A stretch of 64,000 nucleotides of DNA from Squalus acanthias (taxonomy: Eukaryota), in NCBI GenBank assembly GCA_030390025.1, contig CM059431.1:157544001-157608000 (forward strand), read 5' to 3'. This document shows, piece after piece, positions 13,226 through 27,232 of this stretch (the first letter of the stretch is position 1; the number at the start of each line of letters is the position of its first letter). A program made the position numbers and the translations under genes. The notes under the pieces were generated by a model, which did no database searches, had not been told where the DNA came from, and worked only from the letters and a program-made list of their open reading frames with translations.

Positions 13226-13645
13226 TCTGGGAGGGAATAACTGTCAGTTAATATAGGGAATGTTGGGAGTTAACTGGGAAATGGATCTGCCCATGACCTG
13301 TACTGATTTAGCGGTACTCAGTGCGGCAATGACGGCACCCCCGCTGCAATTCCGATTGGTTTCTCCAGACCCGCGAGTGTAAATGTCAGCCAGTGTTCCC
13401 GCTTCTGCTCGGGATCCAGTGTCTCCTATGGGAGGGTGTGAGTGCGGCTAGGGATATGGGAAAATGCAGACTAATTCATTCTGCCGAAACATCAGCGCGG
13501 TGGGGGTTGTCTGTTTGACCTGTGAAATCGGATAATCCGTTGCTGAAAATGAAGAAAAATGTAACCGTACATGAAGGGAGCTGATCCGCTAAAGTCCGAA
13601 TAAAGGAGCTGACAGAAGGCGGGCGGTAACTATAATATTTAAAGA
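13226..13645 (+). promoter_or_regulatory. Putative promoter-like region of duplicated module A
   Basis: CpG-containing non-repeat block right after the satellite: reverse CCAAT (ATTGG about 13355), GGGCGG at 13621, TATAATATTTAAA at 13631. Its first ~45 nt are paralogous to 41281-41320. Motif-only evidence. Confidence 0.35.
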
Positions 13646-14104
13646 TTCATTCTCCAGATGGCGTAGATAATCAGATGGGAATTGAGAGGGAATTTGATCT
13701 TAATTGTTAGCTCTTCAGACAAAGTAGAAAACTCTGACGTAGGAGGTGGAATCCCGTTGTCAGTGAAGCTAAAATAGGGCAACGCTCCAGGAAAGTTGCT
13801 GAGTTGTGTGAGCTGAGTATATTGTCTGTCAGCTCTCTCTGCCTGAGATGCCACTGAAAGAAAGCAAAACACGAGCGAAAGAAAGACACGTGGAAGCTGG
13901 GCGGATGTGCCCTGGATGGAATTCAGCCAGGAATGTAAAGGAATGGGCAGTGATTTCAAATAGAGGAGAAAGTCACCAAAATCTGAGCTGCGCCTGGAAA
14001 ACTATGAGAAGTCTGTAACTGCGGACTGGGGACATCATTTTTTTAATTCAATATTTTTCGTTTTTACGAATAACTGCAGGATAAGTTTATATTACATTCC
14101 ACTC

Positions 14105-14775
14105 TACACCGTCAATATTGTTCTCCTTTTCAGCCCTGCCAGAATTAGATTACCCGATGAATGACGTAGTGATTGAGAAAGATGCACAGCTGGACGTAAA
14201 CAGAGAATGTAGACAGCAGGTGAATCAGCACAGGATTGTGAGAGCACCAACTAGAGAGAACTCTTCCGATCCAAAGAGCTTCCATAGATCGATCTGGGCG
14301 AAAGGTAAGAGAAAGTCCAATTGAAAGTACACAATGGTTACAGGGTAAGGCAGGAAATGGTGAGAATGAGACTGGGAGAGTCTGACCATCGAACACAATT
14401 ATCCAGCATGAGGCCATGCACTGGGATGAGAAGTGAGATGAGTTTCTGTCGTTAACACACAGTCACAAGTGAATCTTGTGTGTATTTTAGAGTAAAGGGG
14501 TTTGGTCTAAGTGGTAACTCCAGTCTGGGGCAGAGCCCAGGAGATGGACACGTGTCTGTTTATTAGGTGGGGTTGAACTCACACCGAAACCAAGAGATCT
14601 CAATGTCAAAATGCCGCATCTGGTTACAAATCAAGGTCAAAGATTAAACAGAGAAGCTAATTATACTCAATTTACTGAAGACAATGCAGGTGCAAACTTC
14701 AAAGGTCAGCGCGGCCTGTTACCATTGGTTATGGAGTGTTGTCAGATAGTGAATGTTGAGCACAGCTTCATTACC
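14105..14775 (+). repeat. Segmental-duplication module, copy A
   Basis: Aligns by eye with 41565-42520 and 60311-60882 (e.g. GGTGAGAATGAGACTGGGAGAGTCTGA, CACAATTATCCAGCATGAGGCC, GCAGAGCCCAG). Confidence 0.9.
14134..14304 (+). CDS. Putative 171-nt symmetric phase-1 exon (ALPELDYPMNDVVIEKDAQLDVNRECRQQVNQHRIVRAPTRENSSDPKSFHRSIWAK), unknown product; may be UTR
   Basis: Acceptor TTCTCCTTTTCAG|, donor AAAG|GTAAGA, open frame, length divisible by 3. A disrupted paralog lies at about 41595-41776. Confidence 0.45.
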
Positions 14776-15040
14776 TTTGTACCTGGGGACGGTGAAATAC
14801 ATTAAACGCCGGGTTTTTTTCATTGGTCACAGGCCCACACAATACAGAAGTGGAATAACACCGGTCAAAGCAAGCAGGGAATGTGCTTCCAAAATCAACG
14901 TCAGATACACAGCTAGCATCAGATTCCCAGTGTATTCTGAAATGGTAAGAACCCAAACCAAGTAAAGCACAGAACATAGTCTGAAATGGGAATTAGCAAT
15001 AATATTAGAAATAAAAGCAGGAAAAGTTGAAAACCTCATG

Positions 15041-15625
15041 AATTGCCTCTGCTACCTTTAGACTCGACTATTACAGTGCTCTCCGAGCACGCCTTCCACC
15101 ATGCATCCACCGTAAATTTGAACTGATCCAAAAACTCTGCTGATCTTATCCTAACTCGCACGATGTTCCGTTCACCCATGGCCCCTGTGACTGATTACCT
15201 ACATTGGCTCCCGGTCGGACAATGCCTTAATGTAAAATTGTCATCCTTGTTGTCAAGTCCCTCCATGAACTCGCCTCTGCCTCCCACTCTAATGTCTTGT
15301 AGCCCTGCAATCCCCCCAGATCTCTGCACTGCTCCAATTCTGGCCTCGTGCGTATCTCCAATTTTCATCTGCCCACCATTAGCGGCCGTGCCTCCTGCTG
15401 CCAAGGCCCTAATCCCTGGAATTCAATCCCTAGGTATCTCTGCCTCTCTACCGTTCTCTCATCGTTTAAGGCGCTCCTTAAAGCTATACCATTCATCACG
15501 CTGTTGGTCATCTGTCCTAATATCTCCATTCTGGGCTTCAAACGTTATTGATAACGTACCCGTGAAGCGCGTTGGGACGTTTTGCTACATTAAAGGCGCT
15601 ATATAAATGCAAGTTACTGTTGTCG
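15041..15625 (+). mobile_element. L2-clade LINE 3' fragment (degraded)
   Basis: Encodes remnants (..DYLHWLPV..) and ends TAAAGGCGCTATATAAATGCAAGTT; related to 42680-43186 and 51020-52413. Confidence 0.75.
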
Positions 15626-15674
15626 ATAACTGAAGAAATGTAGAATTGTGAAGTCACGATAGCTACAGCACCGA

Positions 15675-16050
15675 AGGTTAAGATGTGATAGTTGTCTTCA
15701 AAGTCATGAACAGTATTGATAAAGTAACTAAAGAGAAACTGTTTCCAGTGGCAGAAGTGAGGGTAACCAGACGGCACAGGTTTAAGGTGACTGGCAGAAG
15801 AACTAGACATGATATGAGGAAACATGTTTGTACGCAGCGAGGTATTGTGATCTGGAATGTCCTGCCTGAAAGCAGATTCAGCCGTAACATTCAAAAGTGA
15901 ATTGGATAAATGCTTGAAGGGAAAATGTTTACTGGGTTATGGAGAAGGAGCCAGGTAGTGGGAGTAATTGGATAGCTCTATGAAAGAACCTGCATGGGCA
16001 AGATAGGGCGAATGCCCTCATTCTGTGTTGCATCATTCTATGATTCCATG
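15675..16050 (+). mobile_element. CR1 3' fragment (old)
   Basis: FKVMNSIDKVTKEKLFPVAE...TQRGIVIWNVLPE; tail ATTCTATGATTCCATG. Confidence 0.85.
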
Positions 16051-16382
16051 TTAATTATTTTACTTTGCATTAGTGCCGGAGAGCCTATCCACTAGCGACA
16101 CACATCAGTATATCGCGAGTGCGCTGCTCATGGTTAATGAACAGAAAACTGTGGGCAGATAATCCGCCATTCCCCGGTGAGCAGTGTCCGCAGGCGAGGC
16201 TCCTCGCCGGCAGCACCAGCTCGGAAATAAACTAGCTTTATGGTCCCCATAATATCGACATAATACTGCTTTTAACATAGCACCATGTACTTTGTCCAGT
16301 GTTTTGGTGCTCAGTGCAAGTTAGTTTGTAAAAAATACGTACAGCAGTCAAAAAATTAGATATAAATAATTTACAATATGAT

Positions 16383-19300
16383 ATGGCAGAACAGGTTGTA
16401 GGCTTGGACTACAGTATGTGGAAGTTGTGTGGACAGCGAACCTGTCCAGAGGGAATATGTTTGCAGTAGATGTCTCCATCTCGAATCACTCCGGCTCAGG
16501 TTCATGGAGCTGAAGTGCGAGTTGTTGACACTTGGACATATAAGGGTGGGGGAAGAGTAACTGGACAGTTCCTTCAGACTTCGGTCATGCCTCGCAGAGA
16601 GGTGCAGATTCAGAACGGGGTTGATGTCACCGATAGTGTACAGAGTAAGGGAAAACCAGGTGAGATAGAGACCGAGGATCTGCAGAAACTGGTCCTACAC
16701 AACAGATGCAATGTACATGCGAACTGTGATAATTTCTAACTAAGGATAAAGACTGTGGGAAGGAAAGCAAATTGCTGACCAGGGCACCTTTGGAGCAGGA
16801 TGCTTTCCAAAGGAGGGAGGAGCATGAGCAGGAGGGGAAACGTAATATGGCAGTTGTAGGGGATTCAATAATTAGGGAGACAGATAGCTTCCTTTGTAAG
16901 CAGGATCGAGAGACCCACATGGTATGTTCCCTACATGATGCCAGGGTGAGGGACAGCGCGAAACGGTTTGCAAGATATTGAAGAAGGAGGTGGAGGATCC
17001 AGTCGTTGTTGTCGATGTAGGGAACAACACCATAGGAAAGAGTCGGCAGGAGGTCCTGTTTGGGAAGTACCAGGAACAAGGAGCTAAATTAAAATAAACA
17101 CGACCTCAAGCATTGTAATCTCTGGATTATTAACCGAACTACGTGTAACTTGGCGTAGCGATAAGCAGGATAGGGAGGTGAACACGTGACTGAAGAATGG
17201 TGTGGGAAGGAAAGGTTCCATTTCATGCAGTACTGGCGCCTGTACTTGGACAGGAAGGCACTGCACTGTTGGGATGGGCTCCACCTGAACCGTGCGAGGA
17301 TCAATGTCCTAGCGGAAATTATAAATAGGGTTGGTCACAAGGACTTTAAACTAATAGATGCGGTACTGGGGAGGTCTCAGATGGAAAAGGTAGTAAAAAT
17401 AATAATTCTTAAAACAAACGAAAAGGTAGATAGTAGAGGGATCGTCAGGCCTGGTGCTTAAGGCACTGCAGGTAAAGGGAAAACTAAAATATGTAATGTA
17501 TTAAAAGCAGGAGAGAGAAATAAGCAGCGTGTAAGTAAAACATTACAGCAGAAGGACAGATTATGGCCTGTGGCCCAAGAAAGCTTTCTTTATACAAACT
17601 CACGGTTAGTTAGGAACAAATTGAATGAATTGAAGGCGTCAATTTAACTTGGAGAGTATGACATGGTAGCCATTACTGAGACATGTCTATAAGACGGTCA
17701 GGACTGGGAACTTACTGTACCAGGTAATGAGGTCTGAAGGATCGAAAAGAGAAATGGTAGAGGGGAGGAGTAGTCTTAGCGATTAAGGGTGAAATCAATT
17801 CATTGATAAGCGAGGGTATAACAATAGGTAAGCAGGCAGTGGAGACTTTACAGTAAGAAATAATGAATGTAAAAACATTTGGCAGTTGTGTATATGGCCC
17901 CTGGTAGCAGCTGTTAACTTGTAGAATGTACAAATGCAAAACTTAGAGGAGCATATCACAAAGGCAGAGTGAGTTTAATAGGGAATTTTAACTTTCATGT
18001 CGATTATGATAAGCAGTCGAGCTCATGTCAGAGGGGTAGGGAATTTTTTGAACGTGTACGGAATGATTTTCTGCAACTATATGACCTTGAACCAACAAGC
18101 AGGTCATATTAGATTTAGAGATCAGTAATGAGCCAGTTTAGTTAACAGCGTAACTGTGCGTGAACATTTATCTAATAGCGGTCATAATATAATCGCAGTG
18201 TTTGAATGGGAGAAAAATGCAACAGCTGCTACGATTTTAGATTTATGTAAAGCTAACTTCAATGCGATGAGTCAGAGGCTGTCCACAGTAAACTGGGGAA
18301 ATCTGTTCATGGGTCAAACGACAGAAGATCAGTGAGAGGTGTTCAAAAATAATTAAATTTGTTTCAGAACCAGTATATACCGTTAAGGGGCAAGAGCTCT
18401 ATTTTCCAAAAGAAACTTCCATGAATGACAAAAGCAGTAAGGGCAACATAAAAATAAAAGGTAAAGCATAAAAAATGCTAAATCTACCACACATCCTGGC
18501 GAATGGGACAGATACAAAAACCAACAAAAGATGACAAAACAGACAGCAAAAGATACAAAAAAGGAATATGAAAAGAAACTTGCAAGAGATATCAAAATGA
18601 ACATTTTTTCACAATTATATTAGGAAAAAGAAGGTGGTCGGGAGAAATGTGGGTCCACTTCAAAAGTGATAACGATGATTTTGCAAATGGAATTAAGGAA
18701 ATGGCAGACATATGGAACAATTATTGCGCCAGTGCTTACAGTAGAGGAAAAGGATAACATGCCGAACTTTACAAGTCAATTAATATTGAATCAGGAATGG
18801 GGATTCAGCAAAATTAACGTTAGCAAAATAACAGTAGTTAAGACAATAATGGCACGAAGGAGTGACAAATCCACAGGAGCAGAGGTTTTCTATCCCAGGA
18901 TATTCAAGGAAGTCGGTGACAACATTATGGATGGCCTAACTACAATCTTCCAAAGTTCTCTCGATTCGGCAACCGTTCCTTTAGATTGGAAAATTGTGCA
19001 TGCAACTCCTCTATATAAAAAAGGTGAGAGCGGGAAACCAGCAAATTATAGACCAGTTAGATTCACATCTGTTCTAGGGAAATTAATAGAATCTATAACT
19101 AGAGTTACTGAACAACTTGAATTTTTTTAGCTGTTCAGTGAGCCAGCATGGATTTGTAAAGGGTAGTACATGCCTGACGAAACTGATTTAATTTTTTTAA
19201 GAGGTGACTAAAGTAGTGGACAGGGGAATGTCTAGGGATGTTATTGACAGAATCACAGAATCCCCACAGTGCAGATAGAGGCCATTTCGGCCCATCGAGC

Positions 19301-20688
19301 CTGCACCGACACATACCACACCCTATCTCCGTAACCCCACGTATTTAATCCCCCCCCCTAACACTAAGGGTCAATTTATCATAGCCAAATCAACCTAACC
19401 CGCACATCTTTGGACTGTGGGAGGAAACCCACGCAGACACGGGGAGACTGTGCAAAATCCGCACAGACAGTCACCCGGGGCCGGATTCGATCCCTGGTCC
19501 CTGGCGCTGTGAGGGAACAGTGCTAATCACTATGCCACCGTGTTGCCCACTTCCAGAAGCCTTTTGATAAAGTCTCTCTTAAGAGACTGTTAGCCAATGT
19601 TTTAGCGACTGGAATTGAAGGCAAATTATTGAGCTGGTTAGGACTGTGGCTGAATGGCAGGAGACAGAGAGCAGGGATCGTAACCAGGTACTCTAATTGG
19701 AAGGATATGACGTCTGATGTCCCGCAACGACCTGTGTTCAGGCCTCAACTGTTCAACATATTTATTAACGACTTAGATGATGGGATAGAAAGCCACATAT
19801 GCAAGTATGGCGAGGACACCAAGATAAACGGCATTGTACGCAGTGTAAATGGAAGCATAAAATTGGATGGCGATATTAATAGATTAAGTATTTGTGCAAA
19901 ACTGTGGCAAATGGAATTAAATGTAGGCAAATGTGAAGTCATTCGCTTTGGACGTTAAAGCGATAGAACATAATACTTTCTAAATGATGAAAAGCAAGAA
20001 AAAGTAGAGGTCAAAAGAGACTTGGGTGTCCATGTACATAGATCATTAAAATATCATTGACAGGTACAGAAAATAATCAAAAAGACTAATTGAATGCTGG
20101 CCTTTATATCTAGAGGACTACAATACAAGGGGGTAGAAGTTATGTTATAGTTATACAACACCCTTTTTAGACCACACCTGAATTACTGTGAGCAGTTCTG
20201 GGCACCAATCCTTTGGAAGGATATAATGGCCGTGGAGGGAGTGCATTGTAGATTTACCAGAATGGTACCTGCACTCCAAGGTTTAAATTAAGCGGAAAGA
20301 TTACACAAACTATTTCCTGGAATTTAGAAGGTTAAGTGGTGATTTGAATGTTTTTTTCAAGATATTCAGGGGAAATGATAAGGTAGACAGAGAGAAAATA
20401 TTCCCGCTGGTTGCGGAGTCCAGGACTGGAGAGCATGGTCTAAACATTAGAGCCAGGCCTTTCAGGAGTGAAGTTAGAAAAAAAACTTCCACGCGCAAAG
20501 GGTGGTAGAAGTTTGGAATTCTCTTCTGCAATCGCCAATTTGTGATAGCTCAATTGCTAATTTTAAATCTGGGATTAGTTTTCTTCGTTAACCAAAGGTT
20601 TGAAGGCACATGGAGCGAAGGAAGATATATGGAGTTAGGCTCGAAGGGCTAAATGGCCTATTCCTTTCCTGTTTACCTATATTCCTAT
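16383..20688 (+). mobile_element. Near full-length degraded CR1 LINE (ORF1 zinc-finger/SGNH esterase, ORF2 APE+RT)
   Basis: VVGDSIIR, VCSLHDARV and DGLHLN esterase motifs; AITET, YRPV, QLFNIFINDLDDG RT motifs; many stops and frameshifts; interrupted by a SINE. Confidence 0.9.
19248..19548 (-). mobile_element. HE1/V-SINE-type SINE nested in CR1 RT
   Basis: Reverse complement of the 10578 SINE, with head GGGCAACACGGTGGCATAGTG and (ATTCTGTG)n tail; splits the host DVI..DFQK motif. Confidence 0.92.
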
Positions 20689-21707
20689 AATATTACTGAA
20701 TTAAAAGATATTTAATATCCAACTATCAAAATAAATAATCTTGCAATTCTCAACTACAAGCTGGATTATACTTCTCAAAGTTATTTCCCTAATTTCATCT
20801 ATATCTGGATTCAGCAATTGCCGTTCAATTAAATGGTTATTAATGAACTATAAACCTGAGATAAAAATATGATTAAATGATATTTTTTTAAATAAGGGTT
20901 TGTAAAATTAATTCCACTTGATTATTTTGTGTGTTGTGTCAGAATGAAGGTTCTCGGTGGTCACATGATCCAGATCCCTGCCTTTTGCTGAGGGTTCTTT
21001 TTATTAAACTCAGAGCGGTGTCTGCCCCGATACGTTCTAGATTCATGTCCCTCCTCTTTCGACACAATCACATGATTATTATGCGGACCTGATTTTAGCG
21101 GAAAATAAAAACACGATGTTTAAGCCATTCAAACACTGACTGGAGTTCAAGATATTTGTTTATTCATTTATTTAACATTTCAAATGTAAAAAGTTATTGT
21201 GCCGTAGAATTCGGTAAATTGTCGCGTTTAGGTTACAGATGCAGACGGTTTAGGACGATTTGATTTTCAGAGGTGACACGTCGATTTCTATTAATGTGAT
21301 TAGTTTGTCGATGTACTTCTGAAGATGCGCCGCTGTTTAATTCTCTTTACAGCCAGAACTGACGGTGCAATCAGTAATTATGCAATATCAGGACTTGTGG
21401 TGTAAAATCTGTTGTTGAAATCGCAGCTGCAAAGTTATAATGTTCAGGGCTAATTCTCCGAACTAAACTCAGTTGGTTTTGTTATTTCCGTTTCAGTTAT
21501 TCTGCCTGAGCGATTTCCTCTATTGCCAGGGCAACAATCTGTCAGATCTCAGTATAAGAGACGTTGACCCCAATTTATATCCGGAAGACGGCTAGACATT
21601 CAGTGTAACTGCATTCTATGTGTTCGGGAGTCCAGTAGGAGGAACATCTTCTGGATGTTTGGGATATTTTTTATACAATTTCTATACCAGTAAAATTATA
21701 TTATAAT

Positions 21708-22302
21708 AGCAACAGACGAACAGGAGGAGACTATTCAACCTCTCGAGTCTGTTCCTCCATTCAATTAGATCATGGCTGATCTCTATCTTAGCTCAACCAT
21801 CTGCAATGACTCTCTAACCCTAATACCTTAACCTAATAAAAATATGTCAATATTTGTTGTGTTTGTGGCTGATCTGAATCTTAACTCCTTGGACCTGCCT
21901 TGGTTCCGTAACCCTCAATGCCAAACAAACATCTATTAATCTCAGTTTTGACATTTTGAATTGACCGAGACTCATCAGCTTTTTGAGGGAAAGTGTTCCA
22001 GATTTCCACAAGTTTTCTGACATCACCCCTGAACGGCGAAGCTCTAATTTTAAGTTCATGCCACCTTGTGCTGAAGTTACCCACCTGAGGAAGTAGTTTC
22101 TCTCCATTTGACTGTATTAAATGCATCAATTCGATCACACACAATCTCCTATACTAAAGGCAATAAAAGACTAGTGAATCTGCGCTGCATCCCCTGCAAG
22201 GCAAGTATATCCTTCCTGAAGTGAGGCGCACAAAACTGAATACAATACTCCAGACGGGGTCTAACCAGAGCTCTGTGCAGCTGGAGAATACATTCTGCAC
22301 CT
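21708..22302 (-). mobile_element. CR1 3' fragment (old)
   Basis: EKLLPQVG..TRWHELKIR..VEIWNTFPQKA plus a CR1-type 3' UTR. Confidence 0.8.
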
Positions 22303-23383
22303 TTGGAAAAGTATCATAGAATCATAGAATGGTTACAGCCGGAAGAAGTCCATTCGGCCGTCGAGCCCGTGCCGACTCTCAGCTTCCCCACTCAACCGCC
22401 CTTTCCCCGCAGCCCTGCATTTCTTTCCTTCAGATATTTGTCCAACTCCCTTTTGAAAGATAAAATTGAGTCTGCCTCAACCACCCTTTCAGGCAATGCA
22501 TTCCAGATCTTAACCACTCGCTGCGTAAAAACGTTTTTTTCTTATGTCGCCTTTGGTTCTTTTGCCTTTCACCTTAAATCCGTGTCCTCTGGTTCTCGAA
22601 AATTCTGCCAATGGGAACAGTTTCCTTCTATCTACCTTGTCCAGATCCCTCATGATTTTGAACAACTCTATCACGGCTCCTCTCAATCTTCTCTGCTCCA
22701 AGGAGAACAACCCCAGCTTCTCCAGTCTATCAACGTAACTGAAGTCCCTCATTCCTTGAATCATTCTCGTAAATCTTTTTTACACCCTCTCCAAGGCCCT
22801 CCCATCCATCCTAAAGAGTGGTGCCCAGAATTGGAAACAGTACTGCTGTTGGGGCCAAACCAGTGTTTTATACAGATTCATCATAATTTCCACACTTTTG
22901 AACTCTATACCTCCATTTAGGAAGCACAGGATCCATTTTAACTGTTTTCACAAACTGCCTTGCCGCCTTCAATTTATGCACAAATGACCCACGTCTCACT
23001 GTTCGTGCTCCCCTTTAAGATTGTACCATTTCGTGTATATGTCCTCTCTTTTTTTCTACAAAAATGCATCACATCTCACTTTGCTGCGTTAAATTTCATC
23101 TACCACCAGTCCGGCCATTTCACCAGCCTGTCTATGTCTTCCTGAAGTCTATCACTCTCCTCACTGTTCACTATATTTCCAAGTTCTGCGACATCTGCAA
23201 ATTTTTTAATTGTGCCCTGTACACCTATGTCCAAGTCATTAAAATATATCAAGAAATGCAGTGGTCCTAGAACCGACCCCAGGAGAACACAATGTATACC
23301 TTCCGCCAGTCCGAAAAACAACCGTTCACCACTCATCTCTGTTTCCGTTCACTCAGCCAATTTCGTATGCAGGCTGCCACTGT

Positions 23384-24268
23384 TTCAAAACTAGGTGGGA
23401 CAATAAGCTGTGAGGAGAGCACAAAGAGTCTGCAAAGGAATATAGATAGACAAAGTGAGTGGGCAGATGGAGTATAACGTAAGGAAATGTGAGGTTATTC
23501 ACTTTCGTAGGAAGAATAGAAAAACAGAATATTTTTTAAATGGTGAGAAACTTTTAAATGTTGGTGTTGAGAGAGAGTTGGGTGTCCTCGTGCAAAAAAC
23601 ACAGAAAGCTAGCATGCAGGTACAGCAAGCAAAAATTAAGGCAAATGGAATGATCGCTTTTATTGCACAGGGGATGGAGTATAAGAGTAAGTAAGTCTTG
23701 CTGCAAGTGCACAGGGCCATGGTGATACCACACCTGGAGTATTAAGCACAGTTTTGGTCTCCTTATCTAAGGAAGGATATACTTGCCTTGGAGGCGGTGC
23801 AACAAAGGTTCACTAGATTGATTCCTGGGATGAGAAGGCTGTCCTATGATGAGAGATAGTGTAGAATGGGCCTGCACTCTCTGGAGTTAGAAGCATAAGA
23901 GGTGATCGCATTGAAACATATAAGATTCTGAAGTGGATTGACAGGGTAGATGCTGGGACGTTGTTTTCCCTGCCTGGAGTGTCCAGAAATAGGTGGCATA
24001 GTCTCAGGATAAAGCGTAAACCATTTAAGACCGAGATTAGGAGGAATTTCTTCACTCAGAGGGTTGTGAATCTTTGGAATTCTCTGGCCCAGGGGGCTGT
24101 GAATGTTGAGTCTTTGATTATATTCAAGGCTGAGATAGATAGATTTTTGGACTCTAGGGGAATCAAGGGATAGGGAGATAGGGCGGGAAAGTGGAGTTAA
24201 GGTCGATGAACAGCCATGAACTTATTGAGAGGCCGCATGGCTTACTCCTGCTCTTATTTCTTATGTTG
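23384..24268 (+). mobile_element. 5'-truncated CR1 nested in host CR1
   Basis: MEYNVRKCEVIHF..KANGMIAFIA..FFTQRVVNLWNSL; tail TTCTTATGTT. Confidence 0.9.
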
Positions 24269-24699
24269 TTAAGTTTTATTCCATGGGCTTCAATTTTGCT
24301 GGCAAGCCTATTAAGAGGCACTTTGTCGAAAGACTTTTGGAAATCCATGTACACTACGTCAACCGCATGACCCTCATCAACGCTCTCTGTTACCTGATCA
24401 AAAAACTCGATCAAGTTGGTTAAACACGATTTGCCTTTAATACAACCGTGCTAGCTTTCCTTAATTAATGCACCCCTATGCAAGTGACTAACGTATTTTG
24501 TCCCTGATTACTGTTTCTATCAGCTTCCCCAGTACCGAGGTTAAACTGACTGGCATGTAGTTGCTGGGTGTAGCTTTACACCCTTTTTTGAACAACAGTG
24601 TAACATTGCAATTTTCCAGTCCTCTGGCAACACCCCCCTATGTATAGAGGATTGGAATATTATGGCCAGAAACTCTGCGATTGCAGCCCTCAATTGTTT

Positions 24700-25222
24700 T
24701 CTTTTTTTTTTATTTGTTTATGGGATGTGGGCGTCGCTGGCAAGGCCAGCATTTATTGTCCATCACTAATTGCCCTTGAGAAGGTGGTGGTGAGCCGCCT
24801 TCTGGAACCGCTGCAGTCTGTGTGGTAAAGTTACTCCCACAGTCCTGTTAGGGAGGGAGTTCCAGGATTTTGACCCAGTGACGATGAAGGATCGACGATA
24901 TACTTCTAAGTCAGGGTTGTATGTGACTTCATGGGGAACTTGGAGATGGTGGTATTCCCATGCGCCTGCTGCCCTTGTCCTTCGAGGTGGAAGTGGTCGC
25001 GGGTTTGTGAGGTGCTGCCGAAGAAGCCTTGGCGAGTTGCTGCAGTGCATCTTGTAGATAGTACACACTGCAGCCACGGTACGCCGGTGGTGGAGGGAGT
25101 GAATGTTTAAGGTGGTGGATGGGGTGCTAATCAAGCGGGTTGCTTTGTCCTGGATGGTGTCAAGCTTCTTGAGTGCTGTTGGAGCTGCACTCATCCATGC
25201 AAGTGGATTGTATTGCATCACA
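24700..25222 (-). mobile_element. 3' end of a second CR1/L2-group LINE family (A-tailed), nested
   Basis: ORF 24766-25221 (PLAWMSAAPT..LDTIQDKA..HSLHHRRTVAAVCTIYKMHC); AATAAA then A-rich tail; same family as 56700-59877. Confidence 0.85.
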
Positions 25223-26248
25223 ATCCTCTCAGCATCCTATGATGCATCCCATCCGCCCTGGTGATTTATTTACTTTAAGTACAGCCAACCTTTCTCATAC
25301 ATATTTTTACTGAAATGTTATCCTACCAAGTCTCTCTACTACCATCTCCTTCAGTATGTTTATGGCAGCATCCTCTTCCTTGTTGAAGACTGATCCTACG
25401 TACTCACCAAGTACCTCAGCTACACCCTCTGTCTCCATGCATAGATCTCCATTTTGGTTCATAATCGGCCCCACTCCTCCTCTTTCTACCCTTTTACGAT
25501 GTATATGCCTATAGACGACTTTGAATTACCTTTTATGGTGGCTGTCAGTCTATTCTCATATGCGCTCTTTGCCCCTTTTTTTTCATTTCACTTCTCATCT
25601 GACCTTCTATATATAGCCTGATTCGCAGATGTATTTGCAACCTGACCACCCTCGTTCTGCTTCATCATATTCTCTATATCTTTCGCCATCAAGGGAGCTC
25701 TGATTTTAGTTGCTGTACCTTTCTCCCTCGTGGGAATATACATTGAATGTAAATGAACTATTTCCTCTTTAAAGGCAGCCCATTGTTCCACTACAGTTTT
25801 GCCTGCCAATCTTTGATCCTAATTTAACCGGCCAGATCTGTTCTCATTCCACAGAACTTGGCCTTCCCCCAGTAAAACCTTTTTACTCTAGATTGCTCCC
25901 TGTACGTTTCCATAGCTAATATAAAGCTTATGCTATTATGATCACTGTCCCCAAAATGTTCTCCTCCTGACACATGCTCCACTTGACCTACCTCATTCCC
26001 CATTACCAGATCCAGCAATGCCTCCTCCCTCGTCGGGCTGGAAACATACTGATCTGGAAAGTTCTCCTGAACACACTTCAGCAATTCTTCCCCTTCTCTT
26101 CCCTTAACACTATTACAATCCCAGTCTATATTAGGATGTTTGAAGTCCCATATTATTACTACTCTATAGTCCTTGCACAACTCTGTAATTTCTCAGCTAA
26201 TTTTTACCTCCATATTTTTCCAAATATTTGGTGGCCTATAGAATACAC

Positions 26249-27232
26249 CGACAAGGGGATATAGAGAGGCTGGGTGAGTGGGCGGGGATTTGGCAGATGC
26301 AATACAATATTGGAAAATGTGAGGTTATGCACTTTGGCAGTAAAAATCAGAGAGCAAGTTATTATCTTAATGGCGAGAAACTGGAAAGTAGTGCAGTACA
26401 AAGGGATCAGGGGGTCCTAGTGCAAGAAAATCTAAAAGTTAGTATGCAGGTGCAGCAGGTGATCAAGAAGGCCAACGGAATGTTGGCTTTTATTGCTGGG
26501 GGGATAGATTATAAAAACAGGGAGGTATTGCTGCAGTTATATAAGGTATTGGTGAGACCGCACCTGGAATACAGCATACAGTTTTGGTGTCCATACTTAC
26601 GAAAATAAATACTTGCTCTCGATGCAGTACAAAGAAGGTTCACTCGGTTAATCCCGGGGATGAGGGGGTGGACATATGAGGAGAGGTTGAGTAGATTGGG
26701 ACTCTACTCATTGGAGTTCAGAAGAATGAGAGGCGATCTTATTGAAACATATAAGATTGTGAAGGGGCTTGATCGGGAGGATGCGGTAAGGATGTTCCCA
26801 AGGATGGGTGAAAATAGAACTAGGAGGCATAATCTTAGAATAAGGGGCTGCTCATTCAAAACTGAGATGAGGAGAAACTTCTTCACTCAGAGGGTACTAG
26901 GTCTGTGGAATTTGCTGCCCCATAAAGCTGTGGAAGCTACATCATTAAATAAATTTAAAACAGAAATAGACAGTTTCCTAGATGTAAAGGGAATTAGGGG
27001 TTACGGGGACCAGCAGGAAATGGGACATGAGGCTGAATTAGGATCGGTCAAGGCCCTGTGGGTGGCGGAGCGGGCCCAGGGGCCGAATGGCCGGGTCCTG
27101 CTCCTACTTCTTGCGTTCTTTAGATTTGAGGTTAGGTTCAGATCAGCCATGATCTTATTGAATCGCGGAGCAGGCTCGAGGGGCCGATTGGCCTACTCCT
27201 GCTCCTATTTCTTATGTTCTTATGTTCTTATG
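26249..27232 (+). mobile_element. 5'-truncated CR1 with duplicated 3' UTR, nested
   Basis: ORFs 26228-26608 and 26660-27235; two successive GGCC..CCTGCTCCTA tail motifs; ends (TTCTTATG)3. Confidence 0.92.
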
